Notes: generated from the sequence alone by a model not told the origin. Numbered from the stretch's first letter, positions 1-7,345 are shown. The stretch is DNA of 24,000 bases from Planctomycetes bacterium GWC2_45_44 (GCA_001824555.1 MHXU01000137.1:25439-49438), one strand, 5' to 3'. Program-made: numbers and translations.

Positions 1-758
1 CCAGCCTCAAGTATCGTAACCTCAATCATAATCTGTTGAGGCTGCACGTCAATTTGCTTAATCATCTGTTCTATTTTGTCTAATCTGTCGGGAAAATCAA
101 AAACAACTATCGTATCTCTCATCGCGTTGGAATTGCCGCCTGACCCGGCTTCGGTATCCGATGATGCCGCTGTTGTCGAAGCGACTCTGCCGACTAAACT
201 CATTATCGGCGTTATAAGCGTTTTTACTTCCTCGGCGTTAAGATAATAAAGAGAATAAACTCTGCTCGTTAGTCTGGTGGAATCATTCGAGTATTTGGCG
301 TATTCTTCGGTAGTGTAAATCCGTATAAAATTGCCGTCTATTTCGTAGTGATAACCCGGGCCGAGAATAGCGTTCAAAGCCTGCTCAAATGAAACATTAT
401 AAAGGCTCGTAACATTAAGTTTTCCGTTGACGTTCGCCGACGGGATAATGTTCTTTTGATACTTCGCTGCCAAAAACCGAAGAGCGTCTCTTATTGACAT
501 ATCCTTGCGGAAACTTATCGACTGCGCCGACTGGTCGCTGAAAAATTCTTCAGCCTGAACCGTTTGATTGGCTTCGCCGATTATAACGCCGCTGTCGGCC
601 TGCTCCAAAAGAACGGGCTTTTCCTCGAACGGAGGCAGAGAATTAGATTCCGCTCCGACGACGACAATCGCCCCGACGGCCAGCAGCATAACCGCGCATA
701 AAACAATAATATTTTTCCCGCCTGCCGATATTTTTCTGGTTTTATTTTTCCGTTTCAT
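1..758 (-). CDS. Secretin (PilQ/GspD family), N-terminal part; gene continues beyond position 1
   Basis: Absent from the supplied track because there is no stop in the window. I translated the minus strand from the ATG at 758-756. The product starts MKRKNKTRKISAGGKNIIVLCAVMLLAVGA. It contains SISFRKDMSIRDALRFLAAKYQKNIIPSANVNGKLNVTSLYNVSFEQALNAILGPGYHYEIDGNFIRIYTTEE (STN/N0-like secretin N-domain), then YSLYYLNAEEVKTLITP (N1-like), then VQPQQIMIEVTILEA (entry to the secretin core). AAGGAG sits 7 nt upstream of the ATG. The gene directly follows the pilMNOP-like genes. Confidence 0.8.
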   Translation of the reverse strand, partial: MKRKNKTRKISAGGKNIIVLCAVMLLAVGAIVVVGAESNSLPPFEEKPVLLEQADSGVIIGEANQTVQAEEFFSDQSAQSISFRKDMSIRDALRFLAAKYQKNIIPSANVNGKLNVTSLYNVSFEQALNAILGPGYHYEIDGNFIRIYTTEEYAKYSNDSTRLTSRVYSLYYLNAEEVKTLITPIMSLVGRVASTTAASSDTEAGSGGNSNAMRDTIVVFDFPDRLDKIEQMIKQIDVQPQQIMIEVTILEA

Positions 759-761
759 TTT

Positions 762-1367
762 TTACTCCTTATTATCCTGACCTGGCGAGGATTCAGGTAT
801 CCTTTTCGTTATAATCGCGCCATTGCATTCGAGTTCGACTTTGTTGTTATAAATTTTTACAACTTTGAACTCATAATTCTGTTCGTGAAATACAAATCTG
901 AAACTCTGCCCTTCTTCCAGCAGCTTGTCTTCGATAAAAGCCTGCGGCTTTTTGTCGTTGACAATCGCGACAAGCTCCATCGCGTTCACAGCGGCCGATG
1001 CTGAACTTATATTCTGCGAATCATTGCCCGGCTGCGTCATTTCGCTCGAAGTCGCCGAGCCGAATTCCTTAAAAAGTTTCGCGTCGAAGAAATCGTTCGC
1101 CAGAATATTATGTCTTTCCGGAACAACCGGCAAATCTACAAACACCACGCCGTTTCCTGCCGACACAGCCGAAGCTGCCGCCAAAACATTCGCCTGCGAA
1201 ACTGCCAACGCCGCCTGCGGCTTGCCTTTGCCCATAAAAAGCCTAAGCCACAAAATACCCATAACCGCCAGCAGAGCCGCGGCGAATATCAGCTTCTTTC
1301 GCTGCGCGGTATTCTTCGCGGCGACTGCTCTTTTTCGGTCAACATTTTTTTGCGGAGCGGGTCTCAC
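762..1367 (-). CDS. PilP/GspC-like pilus/secretion assembly protein
   Basis: 201-aa ORF with a GTG start overlapping the upstream TAG by 1 nt (TAGTG). It has a basic N-terminus and one hydrophobic helix (LIFAAALLAVMGILWLRLF). The C-terminal beta-domain MELVAIVNDKKPQAFIEDKLLEEGQSFRF...VVKIYNNKVELECNG resembles the PilP/GspC HR domain. It lies between the pilO-like gene and the secretin. Confidence 0.6.
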   Translation of the reverse strand: MRPAPQKNVDRKRAVAAKNTAQRKKLIFAAALLAVMGILWLRLFMGKGKPQAALAVSQANVLAAASAVSAGNGVVFVDLPVVPERHNILANDFFDAKLFKEFGSATSSEMTQPGNDSQNISSASAAVNAMELVAIVNDKKPQAFIEDKLLEEGQSFRFVFHEQNYEFKVVKIYNNKVELECNGAIITKRIPESSPGQDNKE

Positions 1368-1903
1368 TATTTATTCCTGTAAAATATATTTGTTTTCGCC
1401 TGCATAACCAAACTGCCGTCAAACTTATCGCTGCCCGTCATCAAAACTTCTTCTATCTGAATAACTCTCTGAAAACCTTCCAGTGCCTTGAAGAACTTAA
1501 AAATATGCACTAACTTGCCCTGACAGCGTATATAAACAGGTATCTTTACAAGTTCCCCGGCCTGCGTTTCTTCGCCGGGCTGAACCACAAGCTCCTCAAG
1601 CCCCTGCTTCTTCATCACCGAAGCGAGACTTTGCAGAAATTCGCCGTGCGCCCTGCCCAAAGGAATCTTCGCGTCAAAGTCGCCGACACGCTGCGTCAGC
1701 GTCTCAATTTCCTTGGTTATCTGCGGCAAAGTTTCCAAACGAGAGCCGATAGCGGAATTCTCCGTAAGCAAAACAATGTTTTCTGCCTTGAGAATTCGAG
1801 CTTTCTTATTCAGCGGCATATATTGAAAAAACACAAACGCCGCCGCCATCGCCACAACGGCAACCGACATAACAATTTGTTTTTGTTCCAGTTTCGGAGT
1901 CAT
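1367..1903 (-). CDS. pilO: Type IV pilus assembly protein PilO-like
   Basis: 178 aa with a single N-terminal TM helix (VMSVAVVAMAAAFVFFQY). This is followed by a coiled-coil segment and a C-terminal alpha/beta domain (VKIPVYIRCQGKLVHIFKFFKALEGFQRVIQIEEVLM) typical of PilO/GspM. It lies after pilN and is tightly packed (3-nt gap). Confidence 0.7.
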   Translation of the reverse strand: MTPKLEQKQIVMSVAVVAMAAAFVFFQYMPLNKKARILKAENIVLLTENSAIGSRLETLPQITKEIETLTQRVGDFDAKIPLGRAHGEFLQSLASVMKKQGLEELVVQPGEETQAGELVKIPVYIRCQGKLVHIFKFFKALEGFQRVIQIEEVLMTGSDKFDGSLVMQAKTNIFYRNK

Positions 1904-1905
1904 AT

Positions 1906-2547
1906 CTACTGCTTCAAAATGTAATTCGACAAATAACAGGTCAATTCAAACTCACACATCTGCCGTTCTCCGACAGGAATATTTCTTGAAAAACCGGGTA
2001 TAACCTGAAAAAAATAATCCGACATCTCAAGCATATTTATCGTTTCAGCAACCTGCGCCGCGTCGGAGGCCAGACCGCTGATAACAATTTTAAACCTTAC
2101 CTTATTATCAAAAGTTTTCGATTGAGCCGAATCGGCCGAATAAATCTTAATTTCGCTTTTCGAGTTATCCTGCGACGGCAAAGGCTCGGCCTTTATTTCG
2201 AGCTTTCTCAAAACCACTCCGCCTGTCAGCAGATGCGATATTTCGGCCAGAACATTCGAAACCGCCATATTCGATTTAACGCTGTCTAACATCCGCTGTT
2301 TCGCCTGCATCTGCTCAAACTGATTTTGAGCGTCGTCATATTCCGTCTGCCCGCGCGTCTGAATAAGTCTGGCGTTTTGCAGCGTCGCGTTTTTCGCTTT
2401 TACAGCGGCCACTCTGCCGTTGGCGAAAACGCTCCACACTATCATCACAAGCATAATAAGCCCTATCGCTATATAAAACTCACGATGCTTGCGCTGCTCT
2501 GCGCGTCCGTGTTTATACCAATCGGGCAGAAAATCAATTTCTCTCAT
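1906..2547 (-). CDS. pilN: Type IV pilus assembly protein PilN-like
   Basis: 213 aa. The N-terminal MREIDFLPDWYK...R motif matches the INLLP-type PilN/fimbrial-assembly signature. A TM helix follows (FYIAIGLIMLVMIVWSVF), then a coiled coil. It overlaps the pilM stop by 14 nt. Confidence 0.7.
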   Translation of the reverse strand: MREIDFLPDWYKHGRAEQRKHREFYIAIGLIMLVMIVWSVFANGRVAAVKAKNATLQNARLIQTRGQTEYDDAQNQFEQMQAKQRMLDSVKSNMAVSNVLAEISHLLTGGVVLRKLEIKAEPLPSQDNSKSEIKIYSADSAQSKTFDNKVRFKIVISGLASDAAQVAETINMLEMSDYFFQVIPGFSRNIPVGERQMCEFELTCYLSNYILKQ

Positions 2548-3667
2548 GATTCACCGCCCTTTCATTTATGCCCATACCCTTAAGGCAAAGTCCGGTAGCC
2601 ACCGCCCACTCACACAGCATAGCTCTTTTGTCCGCGGGGAAATCAACCCCTGAAAGGTCAAACCCGCGCAACGGCTCGGTTACTTCTATATCAATCCCAA
2701 GATGGCGTTTCAGAGCGTTTATAAGCGTCTGCTCATAAGCCTCCCCGCCGGCAAAAACAACCTGATTAGGCCTCTGCCCCCTGAATGTTACCGAATAATA
2801 TCTAAAGCAAAGCGATATCTCTCTGGCCAGCTCGTCGATTACAGAGTACATACTGTCAATAACTATCTGACGGGTCGCCGGCTCGATTTCCTGCGATTCG
2901 GTTTCGCTCCGCAGCTTGCTTCGCAAATGAATAGCGTCGTCGATTCCTATCCCTAATCGCGAAGAAACCTGTTTGTTTATCTGCTCCGAGGCGATATCTA
3001 TCTGCTTGGCGAAAATTATTTCGCCCGCCTTGCCGATTATCATTGTCGTATAACTTGAACCTACTTCGACAAAAACATTTGCCTTTTCCTGGTCGGCAAC
3101 TCTCCGCAGAGACCTTTGCAGACTTCTGAACAGTGCGCAAGGCACGGTATCAATCGCCACAGACGTAAGGCCTGCTTCCTCGAGCATTTCTATATGGTTT
3201 TTGAGAGCCTCTTTCTCTATCGCGAAAAGAATTATTTCATTCTTAACTTCTTCGCCCTGCTTGATGCTTCCAGCCGAGAAAAACCGTATCTCGTGCGTAT
3301 CCGCCTTTAGACCTATCCGGTCAATCGTGCCGGTTTTAAGAGCCTTTTCAATTTCCTGGTCTTCAAACACGTCGAGCCGGAGACTCTTAATTATCAGCTT
3401 TGAACTCGGCAGACACGAAACGACTTCCCTCTTTTGAAATCGTCCCTTCGCCAAAATCTCTTTTATGGCTGCGACGGTAGCGTCTCTTGCCGAATGCTCG
3501 TCGTCGCAGACCTCCGAGCTAAGCTGAACTTCATCGGCGGCAATCACAGCCATCTTCTCTGACCTGCTCTGGAGCTGAAGCATCTTCACGGCGCTGCTGC
3601 TCACGTCCAGACCGATTGGGCTGGTATTTGTTTTTAAAAACTCAAATATATTTTTAATCTCAAACAT
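2534..3667 (-). CDS. pilM: Type IV pilus assembly protein PilM (actin-like ATPase fold)
   Basis: 377 aa. It has GLDVSSSAVKMLQL near the N-terminus (compare the GLDIGSxxIK motif of PilM). It also has internal VFVEVGSSYTTMIIGKAGEIIFAKQIDIAS and C-terminal VVFAGGEA / WAVATGLCLK motifs of the FtsA/PilM actin-like family. Confidence 0.85.
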   Translation of the reverse strand: MFEIKNIFEFLKTNTSPIGLDVSSSAVKMLQLQSRSEKMAVIAADEVQLSSEVCDDEHSARDATVAAIKEILAKGRFQKREVVSCLPSSKLIIKSLRLDVFEDQEIEKALKTGTIDRIGLKADTHEIRFFSAGSIKQGEEVKNEIILFAIEKEALKNHIEMLEEAGLTSVAIDTVPCALFRSLQRSLRRVADQEKANVFVEVGSSYTTMIIGKAGEIIFAKQIDIASEQINKQVSSRLGIGIDDAIHLRSKLRSETESQEIEPATRQIVIDSMYSVIDELAREISLCFRYYSVTFRGQRPNQVVFAGGEAYEQTLINALKRHLGIDIEVTEPLRGFDLSGVDFPADKRAMLCEWAVATGLCLKGMGINERAVNHERN

Positions 3668-3679
3668 ATTTTCAATCTT

Positions 3680-4168
3680 TTATTCTATGCTTATATATCC
3701 CGTTACCGATTCAATCTTTACTTTCATCGTGCCGCCCTGGGCTGTCAGAACAATCTCTCCATTGTTGACGCTGGGTGTTCCGAGATAATCAAAACTAATC
3801 GTATCGCCCGTGCCGAATGTCGTGCTTGTAATATCAACCTTATCAAGCCTGCTGTCGGATGCAAAAGTAACAGCGTAATTTTGTCCGACGCGAACCGGAT
3901 GTGCTATCGTCGCACCGGCAGTTTGTATGCAGTAGCTTTCCGCCGTCGTGTCGAAGACGACCTGATAGTTTTTGCCCGTGCTTATCGCCATACTCTTTGC
4001 GTATTCCAAATCCGAAGCAATCATATTCGCCGCCGCGCTCAACTGCACGCTCGCCGCCGAGGTGTACATCGGTATCGCAATCGCCGCGAGAATGCCGACG
4101 ATGATTACAACAATCATCACTTCAACCAGCGTGAACGCAGGCGTTCGATTTTTCATATTTTTCATCAT
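3680..4168 (-). CDS. Minor (pseudo)pilin, GspH/FimT-like, prepilin-type N-terminus
   Basis: 162 aa. The N-terminus MMKNMKNRTPA|FTLVEVMIVVIIVGILAAIAIPMY is a class III signal with Glu5; residue -1 is Ala rather than Gly. The following LSAAANMIASDLEYAKSMAISTGKNYQVVFD resembles the GspH/FimT family. Confidence 0.75.
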   Translation of the reverse strand: MMKNMKNRTPAFTLVEVMIVVIIVGILAAIAIPMYTSAASVQLSAAANMIASDLEYAKSMAISTGKNYQVVFDTTAESYCIQTAGATIAHPVRVGQNYAVTFASDSRLDKVDITSTTFGTGDTISFDYLGTPSVNNGEIVLTAQGGTMKVKIESVTGYISIE

Positions 4169-4328
4169 TTCCGCTCTTTAAACACAGTAAATCCGCGGTA
4201 ATTCCTTATATTGTTTCGTCTTATGTGAACTTGGGCTTAACCGCGTAAAAGTATGTTTTTGAATGAATGACTATGATGGTATGTTATTATCGGGCGTTGA
4301 GGGTGTTATTCTCGAAGATGACCGATAA

Positions 4329-4640
4329 TAAAAAAAAATCTAATTGCTAAATTCTAAATCCTAAACAATATCAAAACACAAACACCAATACTCAAAACAA
4401 CGAATTTAGCAACACTTTAGCCGACTGTAGTGCCGATATTTAGCCCTGAAAGGGCAAAATATATCAGCCCAGGGCAACGCCCTGGGTACGCTGTCCGCCA
4501 AAACACAAAGCCCTGAAAGGGCGAAATAATGCCGAATGCTGCAAATGGCTAAAGTGTTGCGAATTTACAAGTTTTGGTAATTTGAATTTTGGTTATTTGG
4601 ATTTGTTTAGAATTTAGATATTAGGATTTCGGATTTTTTT
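4329..4640. repeat. Composite imperfect palindrome: A-rich low-complexity left arm, GC-rich multi-hairpin core, T-rich right arm
   Basis: The left arm (aaaaaaaaatctaattgctaaattctaaatcctaaacaatatcaaaacacaaacacc...) and right arm (...ggtaatttgaattttggttatttggatttgtttagaatttagatattaggatttcggattttttt) are imperfect reverse complements. The core carries three GC hairpins: GCCC-TGAAA-GGGC twice and CCCAGGGC-AAC-GCCCTGGG. It sits between the PilX-like gene stop and the GspH-like gene. Confidence 0.75.
4409..4560. mobile_element. MITE-like non-autonomous element (14-bp perfect terminal inverted repeats, 7-bp flanking direct repeat)
   Basis: The TIRs are GCAACACTTTAGCC (4409-4422) and GGCTAAAGTGTTGC (4547-4560). 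GAATTTA lies immediately outside both ends (4402-4408 and 4561-4567), consistent with a target-site duplication. The 152-bp body has no ORF, only stacked hairpins. Confidence 0.5.
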
Positions 4641-6340
4641 TAGTTCCTTACTATTGACTTATAAAACGCCCCTGCCGCAGGCGACCAGCGGTCTTTTACG
4701 CCGCTCGGCCAATGCCACACCGCCGCCTTCAATGGAGCGGCGTTGATTGTCGTCGAGCAGCCTCCCGTATTCATATACCAGCAGCCGACAAGGTCAGTGC
4801 CAGCAGGCGAACCGCCGGTATAAAGTTCCCAAATTTCAACCGACGAAAGTCCCTTTTTCCAGACTTTCACGCTGTCTATTCTGCCGTTAAAGTATCTGCC
4901 CGTCATTTCGGAATTTTCGCCGATATAAACCGATGCCGAGTTTGTGCTGATGCTGCCGATGGCGTCCTGATAATTATCCAATACTCCATCGACATAAAGA
5001 TACATTCTGATGCCCGTATAAACACCCGCGACGTGATGCCACAGACCGTCATTAACGCTTCTTATGCCTATCAATATCGGATTGCTCGTACCGCTGCACG
5101 AAAACTCCATCCGGCCGGTATTTGAATATCTCTGCAGTCGCCAGCTTGAATCGCCCTTTGTAATTACCGCCTGATATGCTTTGTCGAAGGTGTTCACTCT
5201 TATCCACGCCGCGACTGTGATTTTGCTTGTAATATTCAGATTTGCCGCGTTTCCTATGTCTATGTAATCGCCGCTGCCGTCAAAATTTATGGCGCCGTCC
5301 AATTTACCGTCCGCGCCCGCACAATCTCCGTTTATAACACCATCATAGTGATTGCTGGAATAATCCGGCAAAATATATCGTATCCCGTCATCGACAATAA
5401 GCGAGCCGGTTATCGCTGTTGACTGATTTAGAACCGGCATTTCTATTCTGCCATCGACAAAAACAAGCCCGTCAATCGTTATCCTCGCGCCTTCTTTCAA
5501 TATAAGATTCCCGCTCACATAAATCGCCGGAGCGTTCTTCTTGGCGGTTATGATATTATTTGTGCCTGTAATCGTCAAATCGCCGTTCACCGCAAGACAG
5601 CCGTTAATAACGACATCGCTTATGATTTTCAAATCGCCGTTTCTGTAATAAACGACAGGCGTTCCACTTAATGTTACGTTGTTCAGACTGCTGCTGCCTA
5701 TGGGTTGCGTTGCAAAATTTGAAGTGAGCAGCGCATAAGTAATCGTCGGCCTGCTAAGAAGTGTTGTAAGGGCTGTTTTAGCGTTCAGTCTTCCTGTCGC
5801 GGCCGTACCTGTCAGCGCGTCAGCAAAGCAATCGCCATTAATAATTCCATCGTTTTCAAGGCTGTCGCTGCAATAAACATCGCCGTTCACGACCACGTTG
5901 GAATTATAATTAAATTGACAGCCGGTATTCGTCCAAAACGCCACCGCAGGGTCAAGACGAAGTTTCGCCGTCAAACTATTGGTTGCAAATTTTGAGCCGT
6001 TTTGCATTCTGTACGCGTCGGATTTGATTTGAAAATCAAGTTCGGAAGTTTTTGTTACATTCACATCATAATAATCCGAACCTGTGCTAAGTTGCTGTAC
6101 TAAATACACATTCGGCTCACCGGCCAAATCGTGCGGACACATAACAAGTCCCCTGCCGTGTGCAAGACCGGAATCAGCCAAATAGTCCATATCCGCCTTC
6201 ATTTCCATATTCTGGCCGAACGCAAGCTCCGCATCGCCGCGCACGATAAACCCAAGCCCGACAATCGTTATCACCCCAACAAGTATCAGCACAATAATCA
6301 GCACCATTCCTTTGGCATTATTATGACATTTACATTTCAT
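4640..6340 (-). CDS. Large minor pilin/pseudopilin: PilX_N/GspK-like N-terminus + beta-helix-like repeat region + C-terminal LamG (concanavalin-A-like lectin) domain
   Basis: 566 aa. The N-terminus KGMVLIIVLILVGVITIVGLGFIVRGDAELAFGQN is PilX_N/GspK style, with no Glu5. The central region has NGD/ING-rich repeats (VVVNGDVYCSDSLENDGIINGDCFAD, INGCLAVNGDLTITGTNNIITA, VSGNLILKEGARITIDGLVFVDGRIEM). The C-terminus has LDGAINFDGSGDYIDIGN...ITVAAWIRVNTF...GLWHHVAGVYTGIRMYLYVDGVL...VYIGEN...RYFNGRIDSVKVWKKGLSSVEI, the Laminin_G_3 pattern. Confidence 0.8.
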   Translation of the reverse strand: MKCKCHNNAKGMVLIIVLILVGVITIVGLGFIVRGDAELAFGQNMEMKADMDYLADSGLAHGRGLVMCPHDLAGEPNVYLVQQLSTGSDYYDVNVTKTSELDFQIKSDAYRMQNGSKFATNSLTAKLRLDPAVAFWTNTGCQFNYNSNVVVNGDVYCSDSLENDGIINGDCFADALTGTAATGRLNAKTALTTLLSRPTITYALLTSNFATQPIGSSSLNNVTLSGTPVVYYRNGDLKIISDVVINGCLAVNGDLTITGTNNIITAKKNAPAIYVSGNLILKEGARITIDGLVFVDGRIEMPVLNQSTAITGSLIVDDGIRYILPDYSSNHYDGVINGDCAGADGKLDGAINFDGSGDYIDIGNAANLNITSKITVAAWIRVNTFDKAYQAVITKGDSSWRLQRYSNTGRMEFSCSGTSNPILIGIRSVNDGLWHHVAGVYTGIRMYLYVDGVLDNYQDAIGSISTNSASVYIGENSEMTGRYFNGRIDSVKVWKKGLSSVEIWELYTGGSPAGTDLVGCWYMNTGGCSTTINAAPLKAAVWHWPSGVKDRWSPAAGAFYKSIVRN

Positions 6341-6349
6341 TAAATCCCA

Positions 6350-6446
6350 TCGGCCGTTAGTTTTGTAGGGTGGGCTTTAGCCCACGCGGTTTTTCTGTCA
6401 TTCCCGCGCAGGCGGGAATCCAGCATAAAACAGTTTCGGCCGTTAG
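6350..6446. mobile_element. Putative 75-bp insertion (two palindromic units) flanked by an 11-bp direct duplication, splitting a hairpin module
   Basis: TCGGCCGTTAG occurs at 6350-6360 and again at 6436-6446. The 75 bp between them contains GTAGGGTGGGCTTTAGCCCACG and GTCATTCCCGCGCAGGCGGGAATC. Deleting one repeat copy plus the insert restores cccATCGGCC-GTTA-GGCCGATtccaca. That is the same stem as the intact module at 8735-8752. Confidence 0.55.
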
Positions 6447-6494
6447 GCCGATTCCACAGTTTTTCACTTTTCACTTTTAGTTTTTAACTCTTTT
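6436..6494 (+). repeat. Hairpin-TTCCACA-tandem array module (copy M1, right half)
   Basis: TCGGCC GTTA GGCCGA (6436-6451) is followed by TTCCACA, then gtttttcacttttcacttttagtttttaactctttt. Positions 6450-6494 are identical to 7301-7345 (45/45). The module ends on the stop codon of the 6493..7155 gene. Confidence 0.85.
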
Positions 6495-7155
6495 ACATAT
6501 CGTCATCGCTCGAAATAATCGCTGTTCCGCTGCTGTTAAGCAGATACCCCCCCTGCGCACGCAAAAACGCCGAGCACTGATAATTTTGAGTAACTCCTTT
6601 TTGCTGAACGCCGAAAAACAAATTGAGCTTTTTGGAAAAAGGAGCCGCCGCATCAGTCGTAAATGTTACATAACTGCAATTCGTAATAAGCGTAATATAA
6701 CTCGGCACACAGCCGGCTTTCATCGCATCTTTTGTAGTGCTTATGCCTATTGCCGCAAGCGTAAGGCCGGACAATGCCGCTACTCCCGTCGGCTTAAACG
6801 ACAAAAACCGGATTTCGCTGCCGCTTTCCGTTTCGATATAGACTAATTCGCCCGGATTGATTTTATTATCGCCGTTGTCGTCCGCCCGCCAGATTGCGAC
6901 TTCTGTGCCGGAATTATAACAAATCAGCTTGCAGTTTTTGACTAATTCGCCCAATCGGATTGTTGTGTATCTGATTCTGCTCTGGATTTCTGATGTATCA
7001 TCGGCAGAGTCATTTGCCGAGCCGAGCGCAAAGGCCAGCGTAGCGATCGCGGCAAGAATAATGCCCGTAACCGTCATCGCCATTATCATTTCCGCAAGCG
7101 TAAAACCGTTATTTTTTATTATCTGTTTCACTGATAACCGTTTTTTTAAATCCAT
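6493..7155 (-). CDS. Minor pilin, PilW/GspJ-like, prepilin-type N-terminus
   Basis: 220 aa. The N-terminus is MDLKKRLSVKQIIKNNG|FTLAEMIMAMTVTGIILAAIATLAFAL (G-1, F+1, E+5). Its size and position (third pilin gene) fit a PilW/GspJ-class subunit. Confidence 0.75.
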   Translation of the reverse strand: MDLKKRLSVKQIIKNNGFTLAEMIMAMTVTGIILAAIATLAFALGSANDSADDTSEIQSRIRYTTIRLGELVKNCKLICYNSGTEVAIWRADDNGDNKINPGELVYIETESGSEIRFLSFKPTGVAALSGLTLAAIGISTTKDAMKAGCVPSYITLITNCSYVTFTTDAAAPFSKKLNLFFGVQQKGVTQNYQCSAFLRAQGGYLLNSSGTAIISSDDDM

Positions 7156-7207
7156 CGGCTTCAGCCGATTCCAAAATTATTCATTATTCACTATTCATTA
7201 TTCATTT
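7145..7207 (+). repeat. Hairpin-TCCAAAA-heptamer array module (copy M2) overlapping the start codon of the 6493..7155 gene
   Basis: The layout is TTTAAATCC, then ATCGGC TTCA GCCGAT (7154-7169), then TCCAAAA, then (ATTCATT/ATTCACT)x4. The minus-strand ATG (7155-7153) has its A and U inside the stem. Confidence 0.8.
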
Positions 7208-7220
7208 GCTTTTCAGCTTT

Positions 7221-7273
7221 GTAGGGTGGGATCTTCCTGTCCTCCGTAGCTTTAGCGAAGGGGGAAGCCCACG
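7221..7273. repeat. Extended GTAGGGTGGG...GCCCACG palindromic unit flanked by CAGCTTT direct repeats
   Basis: The sequence is gtagggtgggatcttcctgtcctccgtagctttagcgaagggggaagcccacg. Outer arms GTGGG/CCCAC and CTTCC/GGAAG pair. It is an expanded version of the 6365-6386 unit (GTGGGC TTTA GCCCAC). CAGCTTT occurs at 7214-7220 and 7274-7280. Confidence 0.55.
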
Positions 7274-7277
7274 CAGC

Positions 7278-7345
7278 TTTAAAATCTCATCGCCGAAGGC
7301 GATTCCACAGTTTTTCACTTTTCACTTTTAGTTTTTAACTCTTTT
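7278..7345 (+). repeat. Hairpin-TCCACA-tandem array module (copy M3)
   Basis: The layout is TTTAAAATCTC, then ATCGCC GAA GGCGAT (7289-7303), then TCCACA, then the same 45-bp tail as M1. It ends on the stop codon of the 7345.. gene. Confidence 0.85.

Noticed and set aside
568-1407. Plus-strand ORFs 568..780, 925..1407 and 1110..1382
   Set aside because: They are antisense to the secretin and pilP-like genes. Their composition is biased (Ala/Ser/Arg-rich shadow frames) and they have no motifs.
4285-4298. A 14-nt exact match, AACGCCCGATAATA, upstream of the pilMNOPQ block (minus strand 4285-4298) and upstream of the pilin gene (8667-8680, plus strand). It could be a shared operator.
   Set aside because: For a 24-kb window on both strands, roughly two exact 14-mer matches are expected by chance. 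The two copies have opposite orientation relative to their genes, and only one is part of an inverted repeat (TTATTATCGG-N28-CCGATAATAA, 4284-4331).
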